DNA of 64,000 bases. It comes from Oopsacas minuta (taxonomy: Eukaryota > Animalia > Porifera). Below, piece by piece: positions 51,324 to 63,282 of this stretch. Each line of letters opens with the position of its first letter. Position 1 is the first letter of the stretch. The stretch covers positions 248,001 through 312,000 of the forward strand of contig JAKMXF010000155.1 in the NCBI GenBank assembly GCA_024704765.1. The letters are read 5' to 3'. Under the pieces are notes generated by a model that was not told the origin of the DNA, ran no database searches, and saw only the letters and a program-made list of their open reading frames with translations. The position numbers and the translations under genes were made by a program.

Positions 51324-53879
51324 GGTGTCAGAGATAACATTGCAGCGCACATTGATTCACTGACACAACAGTTCTGCAACTACTATCCAGTGTCAGCCGA
51401 AGTCAACAACTGGATGAGAAACCCGTCACCGTCGAAGTCACTGACATGCCTGGGGATTTCAGCACCGGTGAGCAGGAGAGTTATTTGGAATTATCTTGCG
51501 ACGAAACGTTAAAGTCCGATTTCAAAAGGTCTCATTGTTGGACTTTGGATACAAAGACACGGCGAATACCCAGCGCTTTCGGACAGGGCCACTCGGTTTC
51601 CTCTTCAATTCGCGTTTACATATCTGTGCGTGAAAGTCTTCTAATCTCTTCTTGCGATCAAGACAAAATACAGAAATGGGATGGACACCGAACCAGTCCT
51701 GAGATTGAAGCTGACCTCGATTGACCCAAACATTGCAGGGCTTTGTTCACGAAAAGCAGGCGCGCCCTTCTCACTGATAGACCTGTAAGTCGATTTACAC
51801 CAAAATATACATCCATAAACATTATTTGAATTGCCCTAATGTCGATCATATTCTATTTATTGATATTTTGTTTATTTTACAAGTGTTCTTCATATGCTTC
51901 ATTATTCGGGGATGAATTTAAATATCGATCTTTATGGTGGTACGCGGAGACTCTAATATTTGGTGAAGTGATACGTGCTTTGAAAAGTTTGAGAACCACT
52001 GCTCTATACCAAGTTTGGCCAGTATGTTCTAATTGGTATATCCCACCGGTAGTTCTAGTGGTAGTAAATTATTTTGTTGAATAGGAAGTCATGTTGGGAA
52101 TTTCATTGGTCATATTGGCATACTTAAAATGTTTGTCGTTTGTGTGATATTTGCGTTTTTCACGTAAATTGTCATTATGGGAGCCAGCCAACTAGTACCA
52201 ATTTCAACTCGTACCTTACATCAACTCGTCCTTAATATTAACTCGTTCCTTACATCAACTCGTCCTTAATATCAACTCCTCCCTAGTCAACTCGTCCATA
52301 CCATACTTTCCTTACACTTTTGCTAAAATCCATGGACACCCAAAATTTTCGTACATTTACAACCTAATAATGTCACTACTCTACATCTAATGTGGTGAAA
52401 TTGTTAGATCTAGACAGCAAGGATTATAATGCGAGCCATGTGGAGGCTGGATTCATCGCGTGTGTGGAACGGGTGTTCTGAAGAAACATACAGGGATGCG
52501 TTACGGAACGATTTGAACATCAACTAGCTGTGTGTTTCCTGTCGCAATGAAGACATACATCCAGAAGGTGAACAACTAACCTTAGCACACAGCATAAACA
52601 ATAGCATTAGTTTCATGCCCGATGCGAGTAGTATTCCTGTATATTCTTCGCCAATCGACATACAACAAGAAAGTGAACAACTGGCCTTAGCCACTTCACA
52701 CAGTATTAAGGGTATCATCGGTTCTATGCCAGGTGCACATACCATAGGGACTCTGAATAATACCGATTCGATTCTAAACTCATCTGGAAGCTCATTCAAT
52801 ATGGGAATAATAGAAACACCTATATATTCTCAAGAAGACTCTCTGAATGATGATGAGACTGTGAATGCTCGTCCTTCGGAAAACCAACTTATTGTATATG
52901 AAATTGTGAATTCAGGGAGCCAAAGAGGAAAGCCAATATGTATTGATTGTAGGGGATACAGTTTCACTATGAAGGTTTGGGGAAAAATGTTACAAGATGG
53001 ACTTGTTCAAGACGAAGTCCACCATACAATTGCAAGGCTACAGTTTCCCAAACTGGAAATAAATTTATACTTGGCGAGTTATTTATCAAGAATAATATAT
53101 TGTTAACTTCATTCTTAAAATGCTTTTAGGACCACATTCACATTCTCATCAGTCATCTAGAGGTCTCTTAGAAAGTATTCAAATTAGAGAAGAAGTTGAA
53201 CAGCAGGCCATTTAGCGAATATTTAGATCCGCACAATCAATTGTTGATGATGTTCTCATTGAGAAACTGACTCCTAGCATGTCATTAGGATCATTACCAT
53301 CACCTACAGCTTTTGTTCAAGCTGCTAACAGACATTGGCATCGGCTTCGCCCTGAAGACTCTAAGACATTTAATTTTTATCTTTCACTTGAACATTTACC
53401 AACGGGATTCTTACAAAAGATATTTTATCGGACACATGTAGACACATAATATTAGCAACTGGATCCATTCTTCAGCTACTCTCGCGTGCAAAGTGTTGGT
53501 ACCTTGATGCAACATTTAAGGTAGTGAAGGGACCTCTTCTTCAGTTATTTTCAATCCATGCATTTATTAAGCATGGGACCGCATCTAAACAGATTCCACT
53601 TTTATTCGTTCTCATGTCACGCCGTAAAATAATTGATTACGATATGATTCTAAACGAAGTTTGCAATCTTTTACCAACCCCGCCTGTTGTTACGCGAATG
53701 GTACTTGATTTTGAAAAAGCTTTATGGATTACAATTTCCTCAATCTTTCCAGAAGTATGCTTAATGTGATGCGTATTTCATTTGGTACAGGCAGTTTAAA
53801 GGAAAATACAAGATATCGGACTAGTGCTTCCTTACAGGTAAATAATTTATTTTTCTGTGTATATTTCTCAATAATACTA

Positions 53880-55212
53880 CGGGCGTTCAATAAGTAGTCG
53901 TTATCACATTGTAATTCTAAATTTTTCTAGCACAATTGTGTATTCAGTGATGGAGTTTCTCAAAGTATTCCCCTTCGTGCTGTAAAACCAATTTCAGCCT
54001 TTTTATCCAATCGAAAAATACTTTTTTGTAGTCTTCGGTTGGTACACCTTTCATATACTGGAAAATCGCCGATCCTATCTGAGCTCGACTCTCGAATTTC
54101 CTGCCTGATAGATGTTTCTTTAGCTTTGGAAACAACCAAAAGTCACAGGGAGCTAGATCTGGCGAGTAGGGAGGGTGATCTAGCTCCACAATTTTCATAG
54201 CTTCTAACTTTTCTCTAACCAGCTTTGTCTTGTGCGGTCGGGCGTTATCATGCAATATTCGCAATCCACGAGTTCCAGTCCTTGGCCGTCGATTTTGGTA
54301 GAATTTTTCAACCTCTGTTAGACACTCATTGGTGTAGAAGGAGCCTGTTATTGTTTGGTATTTGGGGACACAAATCTGGCACACTGGACCATTAGAATCA
54401 AAAAATATACAGTACATAACCTTCGGATCCCGAAAGTCATGTCGAGGGATCATTGGTGGGTCCTGTCCTTTTGCCACCCATACTTTGTTTGCTTCTTTTG
54501 ATAAAGGCTCAGAATAACGTACCCAAGTTTCGTCACCTGTTACTATCTCAAATAACCTTCTGGAGTCAGTTCGATCAAACTCAGAGAGCAATTTAGTAGC
54601 GCATTGGACCCTCTTTGCTTTCTGGGCCTGAGTTAGTAAATGCGGCACCCATCGAGCACATATCTTTCGGAATTTCATATTATCATGTACAATAGCTTGA
54701 GCAGTTCCCGTTGAGATACCAACCGCATCAGCTATCTCCACAAGCGTGATATGAGGGTCTTCTTCAAGTAACGCGGATACCTCAAGGATATTTTTGTCAT
54801 TGGTGCTGGAAACTGGTCTCCCTATTCTTGCCCCATCTTCAATGGACACTCTACCTTCACGAAAGCGTCTAGCCCAATCAACAACAGTGGAATATGGAAG
54901 TGCTGTATCCTTATAAACTTCCTCTAAATCTTTGTGGACATCTGTTGGTGAAACCTTGAGCAGTGTTCTGATCTTCACATATGCTCTCTGCTCAATTTTG
55001 AAATCTGTACTTTTTGAAGCCATTAAAAATGTTACTATAATAAACTGTCAAAATGTAAATAAGTACAATATTTCAACGAGACATCAGAATCAAAAAAGCT
55101 CTGCATTATTGAATTCACAATAGATGGATTGTTATTAGAAAATTCAGTTTGATCTAGGTCGAAATATTCCGACTTACAAAATTTGGAATAACGACTACTT
55201 ATTGAACGCCCG
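53880..55212 (-). mobile_element. Intact mariner element (1333 bp)
   Basis: Perfect 25-bp TIR CGGGCGTTCAATAAGTAGTCGTTAT, TA on both sides, and an uninterrupted ORF. Confidence 0.97.
53944..55023 (-). CDS. Mariner transposase, 359 aa, DD34D
   Basis: Motifs WVPHLL, TGDETW, HDNARPH and YSPDLAPCDFWLF, with 34 residues between the second and third D. No stops or frameshifts. Confidence 0.96.
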   Translation of the reverse strand: MASKSTDFKIEQRAYVKIRTLLKVSPTDVHKDLEEVYKDTALPYSTVVDWARRFREGRVSIEDGARIGRPVSSTNDKNILEVSALLEEDPHITLVEIADAVGISTGTAQAIVHDNMKFRKICARWVPHLLTQAQKAKRVQCATKLLSEFDRTDSRRLFEIVTGDETWVRYSEPLSKEANKVWVAKGQDPPMIPRHDFRDPKVMYCIFFDSNGPVCQICVPKYQTITGSFYTNECLTEVEKFYQNRRPRTGTRGLRILHDNARPHKTKLVREKLEAMKIVELDHPPYSPDLAPCDFWLFPKLKKHLSGRKFESRAQIGSAIFQYMKGVPTEDYKKVFFDWIKRLKLVLQHEGEYFEKLHH

Positions 55213-55224
55213 TAGTAAATAGAA

Positions 55225-55271
55225 GTTGCAGCCCAACTGCGAATTGACTAAATTCGCAGTTGGGCTGCAAC
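55225..55271. repeat. Perfect hairpin: 21-bp stem, 5-nt loop
   Basis: GTTGCAGCCCAACTGCGAATT-GACTA-AATTCGCAGTTGGGCTGCAAC. Confidence 0.95.
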
Positions 55272-55299
55272 ATAGACACTTTATTGCGATACGTATGTA

Positions 55300-56590
55300 T
55301 AGGGTGACACATAAATACTGTTACAACTTTTAAAACTACCATATTGTAGATGAATATGATTCAATAGCGTTGAAACTTATCCAATATATTGTACTACATA
55401 TCTATTTTATCTCAATAATTCACACCAGCTATATCTCACTTAGAAGTTTTATAATTTCAACATTTGGTAATGGAGACTCGTCGTTCAGCTGTTATTGAGT
55501 TATTCAAGGCCGGAAAATGCAGAAGTGAAATTGCCTCTTTGCTCAGTTACAATAGGATGTTTATTTCGCGAACTTTGTCACGGTTTGCTGATACAGGGGA
55601 CGTGTTAGACCGTCCACGTACTGCACGGAAAATTTCTTTGACCAAGAGGGTGCTACAATGGATTAAACGAAATCCCGCCCGAAGTATCCGAAAAATGGCC
55701 ATTGAAACTAATACAAACAGGGAATCGATGTGGAGGCTTGTTTGTAATGATTTGGGCATGAAAGCGTATAAAATGAAAAGACAACTCCTCACAGCCAAAA
55801 TAAAAGTATGAAGTTGGAAGGATGCAAGGCCATGCTTTCACGTTTCACCAATGGTCGACACAAGCAGTTCCTTTTCTCTGATGAGAAATTATTTACTGTT
55901 CAGCAGGTCCTAAACAAGCAAAATCATAGGAGTTTAGCCACCGATAAGAGTATTTTGCCTGAATCTACTTTCGGGTCTCTAGAACGCAGAAACCAGCTTC
56001 AGTGATGGCATGAGCCGGGGTTACTGGAACTGGTCGGACACCTTTGATATTTATCCCCCAAGGTGTGAAAATCAACCGATCGGTTTATCAGGAATCAATT
56101 CTTGAGAATGTTTTGAAATCTTGGGCACAATCAGATTTTGGAAACGACCTATTGGTATTCCAGCAAGATTCTGCCCCAGCTTACAAGGCTAAAGCCACTC
56201 AAAAGTGGTGCAAGACCAATTTTTCGGGGGTCATTTCTTCGAAGAGTGGCCACCTTGTTCGCCAGTCCTTAAGCCCTTCGACTTCTCTATATAGTCCATA
56301 TTGGAGGAGAGGGTTAACACTACACCCCATCGTTCAGTTGAGGTTCTTAACAGTATATTATTAAGAGAGTGGTCAAAGATTCCGGATGAGCATGTGTGTG
56401 CCAGTATAGACTCCTTCATCGTCCGTCTGAAGAGCTGCATTAAGGCAAAAGGCGATATATTTGAGTAATACTTTCTTAATTTTCAACCCTATAGTATTTC
56501 TAAACATAATTTAGAATATTAGAACGATCGCTCCAATAGTTTTTGTTTTCAGCCCTTTTATATTTGTAACAGTATTTATGTGTCACCCTG
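55300..56590 (+). mobile_element. DD37D (maT-type) Tc1/mariner element, defective
   Basis: TIR (C/T)AGGGTGACACATAAATACTGTTACAA with TA flanks. Motif FSDEKLFTV, then QQDSAP to the third D spans 37 residues after correcting one frameshift. Confidence 0.92.
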
Positions 56591-58326
56591 TATAATTTAG
56601 AGAAGGTGATCCAACTCATCAATATCTGAAACGATTGATGAGTCTGCCATATTTACCAGCAGATCATATAGTAGAAGTGTTCAGGAAGTTACGTCAAAAG
56701 GCAGGAACTGGTGCATTATTTGAATTACCAAACTATGTCTATACTACATAGATTTCGAACAGTATTTAGACTCCCTATTCTTGGAGTGTTTATAATCAAC
56801 TAATAAGAACTAATAATGATGTGGAAGGTTGACACTCCAAGTTAAATAGAGCTGTAACAAGGGACAGTCTGCAATTATATTTACTAGTAGAACTACTATC
56901 AAGAGAGGTAAGAAAATCAACTCTAGTTAAGGACCTTAGGCAGCACTTCCCTCAACTCTAAAGTTAATCTCTGTTTTAATAACGTGAATAATAATAAACG
57001 ATATTTTTAATTCAAATATTTTATAGAAAGGCAAAGATGGTCCACCTACAGGTCCTACATATGCATGGGGAAAAGTTAACTAGACGCCAAAGACGCCGTT
57101 TTCTTAGGACTCAAAATAGATATGCAATGCATAGGAAGAATATCGATTAACAACCATGACGCTACGAGATTCTAAAAGACTGCTTGATAGATGTGCCCAT
57201 CTAGCTCGAGCCACAGAATAGCTCAATACATATTTTACTTCACGTATATTCTATAAAAAATATATTATTGTTTGTCATAAGTAGTATAAAACATTTCCGT
57301 TGTTTGATATTAATATCAAGTTATTGATTAATCAGATTTGGGAATAAGTTGATAAACATGAACAAAATTGTTATAGAATAGATACGCGTAAGAGTTGTGC
57401 AAAAAATGGGACTACGAACATAGGGACGAGTTAATCGAAAAAATAGGTACGAGTTGACTGGCAATCGTCATTATCCACAAAGGGAAGTTTATAGGTCGCG
57501 ACAATATTAAATAGTACCTTTGGCTTGATGAATACTTTTTGTTTTTAACAATAGACATAATCTATCTCTCCAACTATTTTATGTCGAAATGACTTCACCT
57601 GATTGCCAACTCTGCATATGCCAACAAAATGTTCCTCTTAATATATTTTTATAGAGTATGATCCAACTCTTTTAAGAGTCATTCATTAAATTTATGATAG
57701 CATAATTTTTTCAATTGGATCTAAGGTTATTTCATGCATAACATCTATATTTTTGACAGTTTTTGCACGTTCCAGATTAATAGTTCCAACCATGGATGCC
57801 ACATTATTGCTTTTATTCACTAATATCTTAACAATTTTTCTGTTATCGTCAAATCATTTGGTGAACATGTGTTATATAACCGATTTCTCACACCCTCATA
57901 ATACATTATGATACTATATCGCTTGCGATCATGAGGTAATCCTTATAATGCACATATATAGTATTATTCATGACTGCAAAATATTCTTTGGGGTGTCTTA
58001 TCGAAATGTATTATCTGGGCATAAGAAATCGGGTAAATCCTAAATATTTCCTGATTTGACTATAACTTTAGGGATTGTTATGTTATTTTGAATTTGAACA
58101 AAATTCAGCATCCATGGTCACAACTATGACTTTCGAACCTGTAACACTATGAAAATGGATGATGATAATTTGCATGAACTTTATCTTAGATATAATTTGA
58201 ACAAATTGTTTGTAAAGTAAGCCAATAAATTCAATATTTAGCAAAAAATTCTAGGGAATTCATCCTTCATCCGATTGAAGATTCTCTTATATAATCGGTC
58301 ATTTTGCTTTGTTGTCGGGCAATGGA

Positions 58327-61000
58327 TTACAGTACCTGTTCCACTTCACTGACGGAATTGGTCACTTTTCCGGTACTCAATATATAGCCTCTAGTAATGT
58401 TCCCCATGTCATGTAGATATTTGCTTATTGTAGTAGAAGACTTGTCATTAACAGGGTATCGCTCATTTATACCATCTTCCCTGCCTTCTGACCCTGCTTC
58501 TTCCAACGTGTTATTAGTGATCACATCGATATATACTGTAAGATCCTTACTGGTTGTCTCGATATCCACTAAATCAGCGACATCAGAGAACTCATCAGAA
58601 TAGCCTTGCACCTCGCTCACTGCCTCATTTAATTCAGTCACACGAAGACCTAACTTTCTCTATGCATTCCCTATAACCTCACTCAACACATTAAGTTGCC
58701 AAGCAGATCTTCATAAGACCTTCACAGAGGGAAACATCCTTAGCCTCCTTGGTAAGTAATAGGTGAGCCAACTTATCCCAATAATAAGCCTTCAAAGAGC
58801 GTATGAGCCCTTGGTCGTAAGGCTGCAACATGGAAGTCGTTTGTTTCTGCATCATCTTGATCTATAAACTCGACTTAATGTCATAGATATCCAAAAAAAC
58901 CATTATGAGAAAGACAATAGTCGATGAAAATTAAACACTTTCGTGTTATCAAGTCGCTATTTTACTTATTTGGATGGCTGAAATTATTTTTATGGAAATC
59001 CAAACCATGGAAGAAGCATAGTCCAGAGGAGCTGCTGCTCTATTCCTTTAAACTATGGGCCATCTTGGTTTGGATATGGTGGCAATACAGAAGAGTGGCA
59101 TCTTTTCTTCACCCATTGAACATCCAACAATTAGTGTGAAACGAGATTTGAAAGCTTTACGCCACTTACTTTCTCCTCTTGGAGGCCAAAAAATGTATTA
59201 GCATAGGACATTCTCCAAAAAGTGAAGTCTCGTCTCTTTTGTACAGATCACGAAGATGATTATTAGCTAAGCTCGGCTGAATGGCCACCGTTCATTTCCT
59301 GAAATCAGGGCAGTTCGCAGTGATTCTCCTTGGGGTCTCACATTTTGATTCCATGGTGTACCCTCCTCCTCTGAACCTTAAGCTCCTTCTTCAATCCATA
59401 GTTCAAGGCGATTCTTTCTGCGGCTTGAAGAAGTATCGAATTTTTTTCCACTCTTTATTTTGTGCAGGCATTTTGGTGAACCCTGTTAGAAGTAGTTCAT
59501 CCGCCTCTCTACAGAGTGTTAAGAAATTGTTTTCTCTATTTTGAAGATACAATATAATCATATCCTGTATTCTAATGCACTTTGACTATTTTTGCTTGAA
59601 TAAATACAATGTATACTGTACGTGTGGACAGTACTTAAGTATATTTTTCGAATGTTTGTTTACTTTTTGATTGACGAATTTGTAGTATTTTTCTAGCAGA
59701 AATTTTTTATAGATGGTCAAAGAGGCCAGTATCCCTTTGAGTCATCAGGCAATGGGCATGTTAAAGGGTGGAATGAACAAAGACAGGTGGCAAATATTAT
59801 TGGGGTCTGTGTGCGAACCATTCGTTTTAAAACGGGAAATTCTCTTACAAACAGAAGTGGCCGCGGGAGAAAACGGTTTAGAAACAATCTCAAAGATTTT
59901 TTTGAAGAAAAATGTTGGAAAATGCCAAAAGCAATACGAAACTATCCTATATCTTGAAATCTAAAGGTTTTCCGGCTTCCCATGTTACTATTCATAGCTA
60001 TCTACGGAGTTTCGCAGACTCAAACCTTATCAACCTCAGGTTCTTTCACGATTGACTGAAAATCATAGAATTGCTTGATTGAAGTTCTGCCAGAAGAGGA
60101 GAAATATGTCAGTTAATGATTGGCAGCAAGTATTGTTTTCAGATGAATTACCCTTCGAATTATTTCATCCCCCTAATCGCCAGGATGTTCGAATATAGTT
60201 CGATCGTAGAGATAAAGTCCCGCATTTTGAGAGTGTAAAATTTCTATGAAAATTCCAAGTGTGGGGGTTATGTCCTATCGAGTTTTATCAGAACATCATA
60301 TCATAGCACACTTTCAAACTGTTAACCTGAATATTACAGAAAGGAGATTCTGAAGAAGACACTAACCTCTTTAATGCATCGGAAGGAAGTTACAGGGAAT
60401 GTATTAGAGTAAAAGATGTTGCCTGACATGTCTTAGGCGATATTCCAGCAAGTTGGAACACCAGCCCACACCTCAAAAAATGTCAAGAATGGCTCGAAAA
60501 TATTGTATGCAAATTCTGGGAGAAGGGCATTTGGCTGCCAATTCACATAATTTAATCCCAATCGAAAATCTCTGGGCAATTTTACAAACAAGGCTAGGAA
60601 GAATGGAACGCTAACAAATCTAAAAATGCTTCGGAAACATCTGATCCAGGATTGGGGAGAGATAACTCCTGAACTTTAGGCGAACTTATTGCTAGCATAC
60701 CAAATCGTATTAGTAGGTGTATTCAGCTAAAGGGAAGGTACATTGGAAAGTGAATAGAGTGTTTGTTTAATCTCTTGCATAGAAATTCTCGATTATATGT
60801 TAGGAAAACAATTTCTTAACACTCTGTATACTTTTCAGGGCCTTTCAATGATTTCCTTTTAGAGTCAGGTTCATTAAGATACTTATTTTGTCATTCTGTT
60901 GGAGAATGTACAAAACTGAGGGCTTTGTTGTCACAAACATTTCGCAATTCGCGCTTTTGAGCTACGCTAATTGGGTGCGGGGCTTAAAAGGGCATCACAA
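58327..61000 (-). pseudogene. pogo/Tigger-like (CENP-B/DDE_1) transposase remnant, interrupted by a Tc1-like element
   Basis: Fragments RKSLKGPE..ADELLL, DETSLFWRM, SRFTLIVG, LIFIDYCLSH and TSMLQPYDQGLIRSLKAYY, with an acidic C-terminus. Boundaries approximate. Confidence 0.75.
59512..60826 (+). mobile_element. Tc1-like element related to the DD37E element at 18456, heavily decayed
   Basis: 23-bp TIR CAGAGTGTTAAGAAATTGTTTTC with TA flanks. The translation parallels 18661-19726 (MVKE...GML.GGM, FSDE..ELFH.PNRQ, FWEKGIW, NPIENLWA). Confidence 0.88.
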
Positions 61001-61087
61001 GATGATATTTTTCTCTCAATGTTAGCCCTACTTTTTTTTGAACAATAATTGATAGCCAATCGAGGATCTATAAGCAAGCCAAATACA

Positions 61088-61470
61088 CCGATAGTTAGAA
61101 TAACCCAAGTAATAATGAGCAAATAGTTGTAACAAACCAATTAAGAAACAAGCGATGGTTAGAATTTTCGAGTAAGGAATATCCTGATCCTAAGAATGAG
61201 CAGAGTAAGAAAATAAATAGATAGTTAGAATAAACAAACGAAGAAATCCTGATAGTTAGAATACCCAAATAGGAACAAACCGATAGTTGGAAAAAGCGGA
61301 GTAAAAGAAATACGATGGTTAGATTTAACCGAGTATGAAAGAATCGATGTTTAGGATTTTTCGAGTGAGAAAAAACCAATAGTTAGAATTTATTGAGTAT
61401 AAATGCCGATAGTTAGAATACACCGAGTATAAATGCCGATAGTTAGAATACACCAAGTAAGAACAAACCG
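61088..61470 (+). repeat. Degenerate minisatellite, about 12 units of 30-32 bp
   Basis: Consensus CCGATAGTTAGAAT-N4-5-GAGTAA-A-rich. Units 10-12 are nearly identical and the others diverged. Confidence 0.85.
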
Positions 61471-63282
61471 ATGGGAATACTAGTTAGTTTGAAATATCGT
61501 GCACCACTAATCTATTTATTATATAACTTGTTGATGTTTTTTTTTTTTTTTGTTTGAATTGATTGAAGAACTTGTAAGAGCGACTAACTTGAAATTTTGC
61601 ATGTATGGGAGATGATAAATCTAGAAACAAGTTATATGGTCTAAGTGATATCTCAGAAAGTCTCTGAGATAGATGTCAAAATGTATTGACCTATCACATT
61701 TCGAGAGTCAACCAATTGTCGTGATATTACCCTATCGTATGATAGTCTTTAACCCAGTTCAATAGGATGAAAAATTACTCAATTTTTCCAATTGTGTAAA
61801 AGTTTTCAAATGCCAATTTGTTAAATTTGTGACTATCTTTGCTAATTGAAATATAGTTAGTAATTAGCCAACACAGCTATATTGTGGATGATATATACAT
61901 ATTCAAATATATATTTTTGTAATTTAATTAACTTGTCAATGATATGAATAAGTAACCATGTTTATTATTGTTTATTCATTAACCATAATTAATTTAACTA
62001 CAATTTTTAACATTAAGTAAAAATACATCGCAAACTAAATCTTTTATGTAATTATTCCGTGGACATTGAAGTAGTGGAAACCGGATAGTAGCGAAATATA
62101 GTTATGCATAGCCTACTCTAATATAAGACCTGAAGACCTTTTGTAACTTTTGGGCTAGGGATTTTGTTGGCGATGAAGGTAATTGACGTCATAGCTTTCT
62201 GAAGATATTGCCTGATCACTGAGTCAATTTTCACTGGACCAAGGATAAAGGTAGTGGTTATTGTTGATGGGAAATTCTATAATCGTCGATTTATGAAACT
62301 AGCACATTTTAATCCGGTAATAAGTATTTTTGATATGCAAAATTCACAAAAGCCACATTTGTGAAGATTTACAGATCAAATTGAGGTTATCTACTAGCGT
62401 AATTCCCTAATATGTATTAAAAATGTTGCAACCTTTGAAACCTTCTTGGACGTCAATTGTATATCTATGTTTAAATGCTGAAATTTCAAATGATCTAAAA
62501 CCGTCTCTGTACATAATATGCGAATTTGTTCATTATACAGTTGTCTTTTTTGTCATGACAATTTCGTAACAAAACATACGACAACTATGGAAGGTATCAC
62601 ACCGTGGATGTCGTATGTTTTGTTAATATTCCACTATAACTCGATAATCGTTACAATTAGTATAGCCAATATATGGTATACAAATGACTTCACATATCCT
62701 TATAGTATATTTTGATATTGTATCCCTTATCAATATGACGTAATAATGAATATGTCCATTATTAGTCATTTTTGAGATTGCACAATTTCTTTAGGGATAT
62801 CATATCAAAATTTATTGCGAGGACATGGAAAGCTACGTGTATATTCTACAAATGCTATACTGATTTGATCATAATTTCTGCGATTATCAAAGTACAAGAG
62901 TATGTCGATGATTACATGCAATCCATGGGCGATAACTCAAAAACGGATTTAAACATAGATACATGATTAACCTTCTACTTGGCTTCAAAGATTTTGATTT
63001 TTTGGTTTGTACTAGGCATTAGGCTGGCAAATTACCTCACTTCGATCTGTAAACCATTATGCTAAGCTAAACATTCAGGAATGTGTAAAATGTGCCTAGT
63101 ATGAATTTATTTGTTTAATTATTCCATTCTTTGAAGCCTTAGTATTGTAAAAAATGCATCTTTCATTTCAATCTGAATTAATGAAATGATCTATGTATAC
63201 TTTTATAGAATATCAAAAAATTGTAATAATAATGTAGCCTCGTTCATGAGTTACTAGTGATACCATGGATGACACATTTTTT

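Larger units (their letters stand above)
52179..57466 (+). mobile_element. MULE/MuDR transposon with a PHD-like finger, FLYWCH and MULE domains, intron-containing, with nested insertions
   Basis: Ends GGGAGCCAGCCAACTAGTACC and GATTGCCAGTCAACTCGTACC (reverse complement), 8-bp TSD GTCATTAT, and AACTCGT(A/C)C subterminal repeats. Motifs CEPCGGWIHRVC, WTCSRRSPYNCKA..HSH, WYLDATFKVV..QLFSIH, DFEKAL, FHLVQA and RTNNDVEG. Predicted introns at 53074-53129, 53838-56600 and 56908-57030. Confidence 0.88.

Noticed and set aside
61088-61470. CRISPR-like array
   Set aside because: The units are degenerate copies of each other with no unique spacers, there are no cas genes, and the context is eukaryotic.
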